A stretch of 64,000 bases of DNA from the human T2T-CHM13v2.0 reference genome, Homo sapiens, in NCBI RefSeq assembly GCF_009914755.1, contig NC_060928.1; one strand, given 5' to 3'. Positions 1 to 19,679 of this stretch are shown one piece after another. Below the pieces are notes generated by a model that saw only the letters and a list, made by a program, of their open reading frames with translations, was not told the DNA's origin and searched no databases. Each line of letters opens with the position of its first letter. Position 1 is the stretch's first letter. The translations under genes were made by a program, and so were the position numbers.

Positions 1-154
1 CCTGGCTATAAATTACCAGATAAACCCATTCACTGATTTGTAACTCCTTTCAGTCATGCTCTAACTGTAAATGAAGGCTTAAACTGAAGTAGAACAGTTA
101 CAAGGTTTTACTTGGCAGAACATCTTGCAAGGTAGATGTCTAAGAAGATTTTTT

Positions 155-460
<306 letters not shown>

Positions 461-1122
461 TGAGGGAGGTAGGTGGACTTGGAGAAGGTCACTACTTGAA
501 GAGATTTTTGGAAATGATGTATTTTTCTTCTCTATATTCCTTCCCTTAATTAACTCTGTTTGTTAGATGTGCAAATATTTGGAATGATATCTCTTTTCTC
601 AAAACTTATAATATTTTCTTTCTCCCTTTCTTCAAGATTAAACTTATGGGCAAATACTAGAATCCTAATCTCTCATGGCACTTTCTGGAAAATTTAAGGC
701 GGTTATTTTATATATGTAAGCAGGGCCTATGACTATGATCTTGACTCATTTTTCAAAAATCTTCTATATTTTATTTAGTTATTTGGTTTCAAAAGGCCTG
801 CACTTAATTTTGGGGGATTATTTGGAAAAACAGCATTGAGTTTTAATGAAAAAAACTTAAATGCCCTAACAGTAGAAACATAAAATTAATAAATAACTGA
901 GCTGAGCACCTGCTACTGATTAGTCTATTTTAATTAAGTGGGAATGTTTTTGTAGTCCTATCTACATCTCCAGGTTTAGGAGCAAACAGAGTATGTTCAT
1001 AGAAGGAATATGTGTATGGTCTTAGAATACAATGAATATGTTCTGCCAACTTAATAAAGGTCTGAGGAGAAAGTGTAGCAATGTCAATTCGTGTTGAACA
1101 ATTTCCACCAACTTACTTATAG

Positions 1123-8001
<6,879 letters not shown>

Positions 8002-8794
8002 CATCACATTTAAAAGCATCTCAGGTAACTATATTTTGAATTTTTTAAAAAAGTAACTATAATAGTTATTATTAAAATAGCAAAGATTGACCATTTCCAA
8101 GAGCCATATAGACCAGCACCGACCACTATTCTAAACTATTTATGTATGTAAATATTAGCTTTTAAAATTCTCAAAATAGTTGCTGAGTTGGGAACCACTA
8201 TTATTTCTATTTTGTAGATGAGAAAATGAAGATAAACATCAAAGCATAGATTAAGTAATTTTCCAAAGGGTCAAAATTCAAAATTGAAACCAAAGTTTCA
8301 GTGTTGCCCATTGTCCTGTTCTGACTTATATGATGCGGTACACAGAGCCATCCAAGTAAGTGATGGCTCAGCAGTGGAATACTCTGGGAATTAGGCTGAA
8401 CCACATGAAAGAGTGCTTTATAGGGCAAAAACAGTTGAATATCAGTGATTTCACATGGTTCAACCTAATAGTTCAACTCATCCTTTCCATTGGAGAATAT
8501 GATGGATCTACCTTCTGTGAACTTTATAGTGAAGAATCTGCTATTACATTTCCAATTTGTCAACATGCTGAGCTTTAATAGGACTTATCTTCTTATGACA
8601 ACATTTATTGGTGTGTCCCCTTGCCTAGCCCAACAGAAGAATTCAGCAGCCGTAAGTCTAGGACAGGCTTAAATTGTTTTCACTGGTGTAAATTGCAGAA
8701 AGATGATCTAAGTAATTTGGCATTTATTTTAATAGGTTTGAAAAACACATGCCATTTTACAAATAAGACTTATATTTGTCCTTTTGTTTTTCAG

Positions 8795-9185
8795 CCTACC
8801 ATGAGAATAAGAGAAAGAAAATGAAGATCAAAAGCTTATTCATCTGTTTTTCTTTTTCGTTGGTGTAAAGCCAACACCCTGTCTAAAAAACATAAATTTC
8901 TTTAATCATTTTGCCTCTTTTCTCTGTGCTTCAATTAATAAAAAATGGAAAGAATCTAATAGAGTGGTACAGCACTGTTATTTTTCAAAGATGTGTTGCT
9001 ATCCTGAAAATTCTGTAGGTTCTGTGGAAGTTCCAGTGTTCTCTCTTATTCCACTTCGGTAGAGGATTTCTAGTTTCTTGTGGGCTAATTAAATAAATCA
9101 TTAATACTCTTCTAAGTTATGGATTATAAACATTCAAAATAATATTTTGACATTATGATAATTCTGAATAAAAGAACAAAAACCA
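8795..9185 (+). other. ALB: ALB exon 15 (non-coding 3' UTR) with tandem poly(A) signals
   Basis: acceptor ttttcag|cctacc; AATAAA at 8937-8942 (cleavage expected ~8957), 9092-9097 and 9167-9172; distal end approximate. Confidence 0.85.
8937..8942 (+). terminator. Major ALB polyadenylation signal
   Basis: AATAAA in the terminal exon followed by GT/T-rich downstream sequence. Confidence 0.8.
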
Positions 9186-9209
9186 TGGTATAGGTAAGGA
9201 ATATAAAAC

Positions 9210-10858
9210 ATGGCTTTTACCTTAGAAAAAACAATTCTAAAATTCATATGGAATCAAAAAAGAGCCTGCAGAACCAAAGTAAGACTAAGCAAAAAGAACA
9301 AATTACCTGATTTCAAACTACACTATAAGGCCATAGTCACCGAAACAGCAAGGTACTGGTATAAAAATAGGCACACAGACCAATGGAATAGAACAGAATA
9401 GAGAACCCAGAAATAAATCCACATACTTACAGCTAACTGATTTTAGACAAAGAAAACAAAAACATAAGGTGGGGAAAGGACAACTTTTTCAACAAATGGT
9501 GCTAGGATAATTGGCAAGCACATGTAGGAGACTGAAGCTAGATCCTCATCTCTCACCTTATACAAACATCAACTCAAGATGGATTAGGAACTTAAATCTA
9601 AGGCCTAAAACTATAAAAATTCTAGAAGATAACATTGGGAAAAACCCTTCTACATATAGGCTTAGGCAAGGATTTCATGACCAAGAACCCAAAACAAATA
9701 CAATGAAAACAAAGATAAATTGCTGGGACTTCATTAAACTAAAGAGCTTTTGCATGGCATGGCAAAAGAAACAGTCAGCTGAGTAAACAGACAACCCACA
9801 GAGTGAGAAAAAAATCTTCACAATCTATACTTCTGACAAAGGACTAATATCCAGACTCTACAATGAACTCAAATCAACAAGAAAAAAAAATCCCATCAAA
9901 AAGTGGGCTAAGGACATGAATAGACAATTCTCAAAAGAAAATATACAAATTGAAAACAAACATGAAAAAATGCTCATCATCACTAATAATCATGGAAATG
10001 CAAATCAAAACCACACTGTGATACCACCTTACCTCTGCAAGAATGGCCATAATTAAAAAAATAAAAAAATAGTAGATGTTGGCATGGATGCAATGAACAG
10101 GAAACACTTCTACACTGATGGTGGGAATGTAAACTGGTACAATTACTATGGAAAACAGTGTGAAGATTCCTCAAAGAACTGAAATAAAACTACCATTTGA
10201 TTCAATAATCCCACTACTGGGTATCTATCCAGAGGAAAAAAAGTCATTATACAAAAAAGATACTTGCACACGCATGTTTATAGCAGCACAATTTGCGATT
10301 GCAAAAATGTGGGACCAACCCAAATGCCCATCAATCAACGAGTGGATAAAGAAACAGTATATATCACTGTTTCTTTATCCACTCGTTGATTGATATACAT
10401 CATATATATTGATATACATGATGATATATATACACATATATATAGATATACATATATATATGTAGTATTTCATTGTGTGTATGGATATATGTATATATCA
10501 ATGGAATACTACTCAGCCATAAAAAGGAATGAATTAATGACATTTGCAGCGACCTGGATGAGACTGGAGACTATTATTCTAAGTGAAGTAACTCAGGAAT
10601 GGAAAAGCAAACGTTATATGTTCTCACTTATAAGTGGGAGCTAAGCTATGAGGATGCAAAGGCATAAGAATGACACAATGGACTTTGGGGACTCATAAGA
10701 GACTACAAACATGGTACAGTGTATACTGCTCGGGTGATGGGTTATGGGTGATGGGTGCACCAAAATCTCACAGATCACCACTAAAGAATTTACTCATGTA
10801 ACTAAACACGACCTCTTCCCCAATAACCTATGGAAATTAAAAAATTTTAAAAAATAAA
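9210..10858 (+). mobile_element. 5'-truncated L1 (L1PB-like), ORF2 C-terminus and 3' UTR, with an internal (TA)-rich tract at ~10395-10500
   Basis: ORF2 remnants [53 protein letters not shown]; A-rich tail. Confidence 0.92.
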
Positions 10859-12164
10859 ATAGCTAGTAATATTACAAAACACCCATATGATGCAATGTTA
10901 TACCATCACTCAATAGCATTTTCAGGGCCATTTGTCCTGTAGGTGTTAAATTTATTAAATACTTATTATATGCCAAAATGTAAAACATGGCTTTTCTTTA
11001 CTATTCAGACACTATAAGAAATTTTGAGGAACAAAGGAGATAGAGATGATGATAAGTGTGGTTGACAGAATTGGGGGAAAAAAGTGATCTTAGAAGAAAT
11101 TTAAGACAGTTTAGAATAACAGCACTCAAAGAGTGTAAGAAGTTTGGAGAAGCCTTATTGGAAGAGGAATTAGAACACCTGGAGAAACATACAGTAAGAA
11201 GTGATGAAGGTCTACTGAACTGATGAGCTGGAGGAGTTGGAGGGTGAATGTTTCTTGTAAAACACTAAAATATTATTCTGGGCCTCTTTTTCCTGTTCCC
11301 AGAGGTAAGTCATATCATACCTTTGTCTATAAATGTACAAGTCTATCAGACCTTTGTTTATGAATTTACAGGCCTCTTAGATCTTTGTCTATTAATTCAC
11401 ATACTTATTTTATCCTTATTAGTTTGTGTTTTTAAAATTTTTATCAAATTGGTTTCATACTGTACATGCTATTCCACAACTTGTTCTTAACAACACTGCT
11501 TAATAGTTTCATTTTAAGTGTGGTGCTTACGAAAGGTTCTAGTACAAAGTTACAAAAAGTTTCTTTCTATTGCTGGAATGTTCTGCGCTCCCCACCATTC
11601 CACTCCCCTGTCCCTAAGCAGCCCCCACTTTGGTCCGTGTTGAATGTATCGAACATATTTTTTTTCACATTTGTTGCAATCATCACAAAAGTCAGAGAGT
11701 GCTCAGAAAAAGAGAAATGGAGATGGTGGGCCCTGGCTGGTCAAAGGCCCCAGAGACGGACCTAGAAAATGTTCAATAAAGCGCTGTCACTGAACTGGAC
11801 CTACACAGGACCGGGTCTGGGCACCCTGTATCAATAGCAATGCCACCCTGACCAGTCTCAGGCACCAAAGACGAACTTAAAACTTTTGGAAAAAGATTCC
11901 CCCATATATGGTAACCTGAGCTCCAGCTTCCCCACTTCCCATGGAGTCGACCAGAATCCCAGAGGAACTCAACAGTTAAGCCTATAGAGCCAGACTCACT
12001 GCTCTAGTTTCAGAGAGTGGTCTGGCAAGCTCATCACTCTGGCTAGCTGGCTTTTTTGTTTGTTTGTTTTTTTCCTGCACAGTGTGGAAGATTGGTACAC
12101 CCGAATGTACCAATGGTGCAGGCACATCGATGTGCGTGCACGTGTGTGTGTGTGTGTGTGTAAA

Positions 12165-13170
12165 ATGTTGTTTTCATATAATATTGGAGGGCACATGGTA
12201 TGATATCAACATGATTTATCATGGGGATATTAGGATTGATCACTTGGTTAAGGTGGTGTTTGCCAGGTTTCTCTACCGTGAAGTTATCACTTTTCCCTTT
12301 CCATACTCTATTTTTGGAAGCAAATCATGAAATCCAGCCCACACTGAAAGAGAGGGAGAGGGATAAGCTTCTGAAAATGGGAGTAGCTACATGTCTTATT
12401 TATATTTTCATAAGAAAGACTTGTTATTTAATTGTTCATTTATGTCAGTATAAACTCATATATATTATATACTTTGGGTTATAATTCAATGCCACATTAT
12501 TTAGTTGCTCAAAGTATCTCAGCTTTGGGGCCTCTTTTTGGTTGGCTCCCCTATGCCTTTGACAGGTCTCTATACTTTGTTTTCTTTCTGGCATTGCAAG
12601 CTGCCTCAGGCTCATCTTATATTTCCCTTTCCCAGCCCTAGAAATGGCCATTTCTTAAGGAAGGCCTGGTTCTCTTTATTAGAGAATGGTTTTACAAAGA
12701 TCTGAGTGCTGGGTATTCTCATTGCTAATGGGATATCACTGCTTCTAGACCATTTCAGGGAATGGAGCTAAGAAAGGTAGGTATGAATACTAATATTCAT
12801 ATCTTCATTTGAATACACACACACAAACATAACTGTAATTATTTCTGTACGTATGTAGCTATCTTTCTGGTTAATGATGAGTTCATACTGATGTCTCTGA
12901 CTTTAATCCAGAACCACAGGACTTATTCTAGCCTTCCTCCTTGCCTCTATGACAGCAAGAAACTTCTCTTCCACTATCTAGCCTCCATCTACCCATTTGT
13001 TCCACCTCAGGATGCATGTAAAGGAGTTTCAGAGTTATAAACCCATTTCTCCATGAAAATCAAATTTACTAACTAGAGTGCAGTGTTTACATACAGTTCC
13101 TTTTGTCTTTAGCCATACGATTTCCAGTCAAAACATTATTCTCCAAAGTCATGTAGGTCAGCTCCATTTT
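12165..13170 (-). mobile_element. Old L1 3' end (L1MC/L1MD-like)
   Basis: gatcacttggttaaggtggtgtttgccaggtttctc and ggttctctttattagagaatggt motifs; subfamily and edges approximate. Confidence 0.6.
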
Positions 13171-14127
13171 TGCATTACCATCTTCTGTGAAGTCATGACA
13201 GGTGACTTTGGGTGGCTCATTCACACTGAACACAAAATAAGTTTAGGGCACTGGCCTTTGACTTGCCTTTGGGCTTGAGCTGTATGTGTGGGCCACCCAG
13301 CAGCTCTTTCCACCTAAGTAGGCTTTGCCTACAATACATAAAGGTAGCAGCAGTGGTGACAGGTATCCTTTACCCAGTGCATTCTCTGCCACAGGTACCC
13401 AGGGTGGTCACTCCATTTCTCTATAGATTCCACATCAATTGTCAGGCAGTCTTTGAGGGTGACCATGCCTATCTCTTCCAAGGGCTTTGAAGACCATGGG
13501 TCTGCAATACCAGTGGACCCTTCCAGTGGATGTCCTCTCTTGCCTCCATCGACATGGTTACATTATGCTTCCCTGGGTTGGTTTTAAAGTCCTGCCAAAC
13601 ATTTCTTGGAGGAATGTGAACACTCTTTTTGTTTCACCTTAGGCCCCTCACCTATTCTTACTGTTGGTGGTTGTGTGTGGAAGGCAGGGGTGTAAGTAAC
13701 ATTAAAATAGGTCACATTGTAGAAATGCTGTGATCATGTCCTAAGAATTTAGGAGAAAACGTGGTCGAAAGATGTGTTGTTCTCTTTATGTTAAGAAAGT
13801 CTGAGTAGTAAATTTAACATGACAGAGATTTGCATTTGTGCTTATTATCAGTGAAACACAAGAGTCACTGGAAGCCAGAATTGAGGGTGACGTGATGGAT
13901 GATGCAGGATCATAAGTAATGATGTAACCAGCTTTAAATTAAATCAATGGTAATCGAGAACTGTAGAGGCAAGAAGATTTATTTGTTTCAATACGAACAA
14001 CCTCCAAAGAGACATTGTGTCTTGAGTAACAACAGCATTGCTACTTTTTTTTTTTGAGATGGGAGATATAAAGTTAGCCCGGAATGAAATGCATTTGACA
14101 ATAAAGAACGTAGTTCCACCTCAGGAT

Positions 14128-14174
14128 GGTACCAATAGGTACCATCAGGGTACCAACAGGGTACCAACAGGGTA
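14128..14174. repeat. ~11-bp tandem repeat of GGTACCAACAG-like units
   Basis: GGTACC at 14128, 14138, 14149, 14160 and a partial unit at 14171. Confidence 0.8.
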
Positions 14175-16779
14175 GACCTGAACAGGAAGAGATGGTGCCT
14201 GAACATTAAGAAGAATCTTCATGTGCACCAATTGGACAGTAAGAAACTATGTCAGTCTGGCTTCTATACTCGTTATTCTAAATCTCAATAAATTAATACA
14301 GTTTACATGAGTGCATGCTGGTGTTGCATAAATCAGAGGGCACTATTAATGTAAAATAAAATGCGAAGGGTGCCTCCTGGAATTTAGCAACATGGGCTAT
14401 TTTTATTACTATTGTTAACATTTTAGGGATTTGGTTTATGAAAGGGCAGCTGAGATTGTGATAAGGCAGCTATTTTGTGACAGATGAGCTGGATACATGG
14501 AAAGTACACATGGAAGCCCATCATTCCTACCCTTCCCTGCTGACCTAACAAGTCTCTTTGCTCTTCTTAACTACTTTACAAAGTCCAGACCTGACTACCC
14601 TTCCAATCTCTTTTTCTTCCTGCCTTCAATGCCCTAATCAGTTTGAACTTCATACTATTCATTAGCACACCATGCTTTTCATGCCTCCCTTACATGGATT
14701 CCTATTATCTGGAATGTCTTTCTTTGTCTTTTTTATCCGTTTAATCCAGCTGAAATGTTACGTTCTTTGAGGAAATTTTTCTGAATAGAGCTGGTCATTT
14801 CTTTCCTGATGGTCCTTGACTCTTTGAACGTGACTTATTACAGCACTCACATTCTTTTTAAAAACTTCATGTTAATATCCACATTTATATTTTATTATAA
14901 TAATTGTAGATTTTATATCTACTTTAAATATATATGATCTGAGTCCCAGGGCTTGAATTTGAACACACAAGGTTCTGACCCCTGAAAGCTGACTCATTTA
15001 ATGGTGTCAGTTCATTACATATCTCTCTCTTCAACTAGATAGTGTTTCTCATCAGAAGGGATCATGAATTAGAAGTCCATGTATCTCTCCTGGTACTTAG
15101 TGTAACCTGGTACATAGTAAGTATGCAATTAAAATTAGATGAATAAATTAATTTATACCATGGGCTTTAAATATTCTAAACTACAAATCACAGAATCCTG
15201 ACTTACAATAATTTCCTGGACTTCCAAAATAGCATATATAGTATATTGAATTTTATAAATATTTGAATCATGAGAATTTGTGCTTTAAGAAAATAACCAT
15301 GATTCATTTTATTTTTCAACTTTGAATAATAACAATTTCTCCACATTAAGAAGTATCAAGAACTGCGTGTCTGAAGGTGGCAGACATAGTAATGTCTCAT
15401 ATGGTGGTGTCACTTTTGTATCACTTTAATTGGTTTAGAATTATCCAAATTATCTCTCTCGTGTGAGTAACTGATGAATAAATACATGAATACATGGATG
15501 GCACCAAAAAAAGAACTTTGGCATTTTGATATTTATCTTTTGGGGAAGGTAGAATCTTCTGACCAGTGAAATATTTTATGTTAATAAAATGTTATGTGTG
15601 ATGGTTGATGTACAGGGGGAGTAATAGTCATTTGCCCATTTTACTTAATTCATGTGTATGCTGTGTAATTTCTTCAACACTAGAGTGTGAAGCAGTTACT
15701 TGGACAATATCTGAAAAATACTGCATACAAATGAACAAATTACTTTTCCATATTTACTCTCTATCTCCATTCACGTCTCACTCAGTTCTTTTTGTTGCAA
15801 AAATCTTTATTCATTTGGTCAATTGATATCTGTGCCCTGGAGACTGGTTTCTTAAAACCCCAGCAAAGAGTCTCAAGGGAAGAATTGAAATAAGGAGCTA
15901 TTTGAAATAAGAATTGAAATAAGGGGTGTTGTAAATACCAAATAGAGGAAGTCCATCCTGTTTGTGTGGGGAGAGGTCCTCATCTACCTCAGGTGGAGTA
16001 ATTTGGTTGGTGACTTGAAGAGCCATCCAGATGAGTATTAGGAGTCATAAATATCTTCAAGTGATGGAAGAGGACGCCTGCAAGGCAGACACATGCTCCC
16101 AAGCTTCCAATGAGGTTATCCCATGTCTTTGGGCTTGGCACTGGGACATTAGAGCAGAGGCTACAAAGGAGCAGAGCACAGAGTTTAGCTCCAATGGCTG
16201 CCAAGAAGACTACGTGCCAAAATTAGGATGCTTCTGCACTATAGGAAAGATGATCTCTTGGTTTTAAAAACTGTAATAGAAAAAAAATTGTAGAACACCA
16301 CAAACAACACCCAAATACTAGCTCTACTTATTCTTTCCACTGCCTGAAGGATTGGCTCTTCTATACTCAGAACAGTCTTGGATGACACAGCTGGCCTCCC
16401 TAACTTTGTGATGGGGCAGACAACAGATGCCATGTTTGGACAATACTGACTCAGTGCAAAGATGACCAGGAGGCATTGGGAATGGCAATGGAGATTTCTT
16501 CTGACCTAGCTTCTGACTTTTTTTAATGAGAGAAATTGTGAGGCCACAGTAAAATCCACTCACAAATTTCTTACATCCCGCAGAATACAAGAGAGCACAT
16601 ATGTTCTTATTCTTTTTTAGGAACATCAAAAATAAGAGCATTTCTCTAAATAAAACAGAGCTTGTTTAGAAATAGGTAGTCTATCTTCTGGGAAGTGGCA
16701 TGACTTGCTTAAGAATAATAAATAATAATTCTAGTTTTTATTCTATATATTTTCTATGATAAGAATATATATTGACAAT

Positions 16780-16799
16780 TCTCTCTCTCTCTCTCTTTC

Positions 16800-16845
<46 letters not shown>
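16780..16845. repeat. (TC)n(TG)n compound microsatellite
   Basis: direct reading; about 22 TG units. Confidence 0.95.
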
Positions 16846-16847
<2 letters not shown>

Positions 16848-17224
16848 TTAGTCTTCTCAAGCTGTCAAAACAAAATACCATAGCCTGGGTGACTTAAACA
16901 ACAGAATTTATTTTCTCATAGTTCTGGAGGCTAGAAAGTTTATGATCAAGATTCTGGCAAAGTTTAGTTTCTGGTGAGGGCTCTATTCCAGGCCTATAGT
17001 TGACCACCTTCTTGCTACGTCCTTATATGGCAGAGAAAGCAAGCAAGCTCTTTGACATTATAGGGGTAGCAATCTCATCATGAGGCTCCTGCTTGCATGA
17101 TCTCATCGAACCCTAATTACCTCCTAAAGACTCCATCTCCAAGTGTCATCACATTGGGGGTTAGGACTTCAACATATGAATTTGCTAAGGGGAAGAGAGA
17201 GACACAAACATCTAGTCCATAACA
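16844..17224 (-). mobile_element. MaLR solo LTR (MLT1A/MST-like)
   Basis: tgtcttagtc...caaaataccatagcctgggtgacttaaacaacagaatttattttctcatagttctggaggctag...tagtccataaca. Confidence 0.85.
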
Positions 17225-17303
17225 GACAGTGAAATCTCTTGACTAAGTAAGGAATTTTTTCTGAAACTTCTATAACAATGAGCCATCACTGAACCTTGTG
17301 AAA

Positions 17304-17661
17304 TGCTATAGTTTAAATGCATGTGTTGCTCCAAAATTCACAAGTAAGAACATAATATCCAGTGTGATAGCAATAAGAGATAGAGCCTTTTGGGACGTGA
17401 TTAATCCACCCTCATGGTTGCATTAATGCTCTTATAAAAGAAGCTGAAGGGTGCCCTAGTGCCCTTTTGGCATTCCCTTTCTTCTGACTTGTGGGGACAC
17501 CTAAATGAGAAACAGTCCTCACCCGGCACAGAACCTGTTGGTGCCTTAATCTTGGACTTCCTGGTCTCTGGAACTGTGAGAAAAACATTTCTGTTGTTTT
17601 CAACTTACCCAGTTTCAAGTGTTTTGTTATGGTATCACAAATGATCTAATGGACTAAGACA
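17304..17661 (+). mobile_element. MaLR solo LTR (MST/MLT1A-like)
   Basis: tgctatagtttaaatg...atcttggacttcctggtctctggaactgtgaga...ggactaagaca. Confidence 0.85.
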
Positions 17662-19679
17662 TTAAGAAAAGGGAGTATTAGTATTCAGCAATGATGCTGA
17701 TGATGGCAGATGGCCATGGACACCCTTTGTTATTTCTAATACCCTGTCATTGCTATAGAAGCTGGGAAGAGAAGGAGTCCATATGAAAAAGTCATTACAA
17801 AAAAAGATTTAGGAAGTGTTATTTTCTGTGCAAGTTATTGTTCTAGGAGATGCTTTAAAAGTGTTTTTCTCTCAAGCAGTTGACAGTCTCTTTGAGCATG
17901 TGGACCAGTTCTGCTGTTTTAAGGAGCTATGCCCAGCCTAGCATAGGCAACCAACTTACAGAATAAGAAATGCTGTTAATGGAACATAGATTTTTGTAAA
18001 ATGTATTTTCAGTTGGCCCTTGACTTACTTTGCTCTATCTCTGCATGACCCGTATTGATGTCTTAGTTCACCTTGCTGACCTTGAGGCACTTCTATCCTT
18101 TTAAGTTTGGCAGGCAAGATTGGTTGCCTAATCTGACTGACTCCTTTGAATTTGTTCCCGTGTGGGAGGGAGAAAAAAATGTATTTTTTTTCCCTTTACA
18201 AACCAGGGACAAGATCCCTTTGATGAAGTGAAATAGTCTTCTTTTTTTAAGCAAATACTTTATTTATAAGTATAATAGCTTTTGGGGGGCAGCAAATGGG
18301 AAAGGTGAAGTCTTGTACTCTAGAGCATGATTCAAATAGATAGGCTCAAATTAAACAAATGGAGGGATAGTTTGTTCTGCCTAAAAGCAGTAATAGGAGG
18401 GGAATCTAGAAGCTGGGTCTGGATGGGAAGACATTAAGAAAGGAGAGGGAGAGAGAGCAAGCAAGAAGGAGGCCGGTCAGGGCTCTACAAGAAGAGAGTC
18501 AGGTGGTATTGATACGAGTGGAAAAGATCTTTTTATGTTTTATGCCTAGTTCCTTGATACAAACTTGTGGTGGGGGGTTCTTGAAAAAGTGATTGGGGAC
18601 TATCTGATCTGGGGTTTAGGGCAGGGAAGAAACAGCATGTAAAGGAGAAAAGACAGAGCATTTGTTAAAGAGAATTTAACAGCAAGAGGAAATAAGAACC
18701 AATGATACCAAGGATAAACGCAGTCCTTAACTCCCCTATCACTGAATTCTTAGAAATATGGGGGTAGGGGTGGTGGTGGTAATTCTGTTTTCTCCCCATA
18801 GGTGAGATAAGCATTGGGTTAAATGTGCTTTCTCTCTCTCCCTCTCCTTTCTTAAGAATTAAGGGACAGACTATGGGCTGGAGGACTTTGAGGATGTCTG
18901 TCTCATAACACTTGGGTTGTATCTGTTCTATGGGGCTTGTTTTAAGCTTGGCAACTTGCAACAGGGTTCACTGACTTTCTCCCCAGGCCCAAGGTACTGT
19001 CCTCTTTTCATATCTGTTTTGGGGCCTCTGGGGCTTGAATATCTGAGAAAATATAAACATTTCAATAATGTTCTGTGGTGAGATGAGTATGAGAGATGTG
19101 TCATTCATTTGTATCAATGAATGAATGAGGACAATTAGTGTATAAATCCTTAGTACAACAATCTGAGGGTAGGGGTGGTACTATTCAATTTCTATTTATA
19201 AAGATACTTATTTCTATTTATTTATGCTTGTGACAAATGTTTTGTTCGGGACCACAGGAATCACAAAGATGAGTCTTTGAATTTAAGAAGTTAATGGTCC
19301 AGGAATAATTACATAGCTTACAAATGACTATGATATACCATCAAACAAGAGGTTCCATGAGAAAATAATCTGAAAGGTTTAATAAGTTGTCAAAGGTGAG
19401 AGGGCTCTTCTCTAGCTAGAGACTAATCAGAAATACATTCAGGGATAATTATTTGAATAGACCTTAAGGGTTGGGTACATTTTGTTCAAGCATTGATGGA
19501 GAAGGAGAGTGAATATTTGAAAACATTTTCAACTAACCAACCACCCAATCCAACAAACAAAAAATGAAAAGAATCTCAGAAACAGTGAGATAAGAGAAGG
19601 AATTTTCTCACAACCCACACGTATAGCTCAACTGCTCTGAAGAAGTATATATCTAATATTTAACACTAACATCATGCTA

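Noticed and set aside
15880-15924. 16-bp direct repeat aagaattgaaataagg
   Set aside because: Small AT-rich slippage duplication with no evident function
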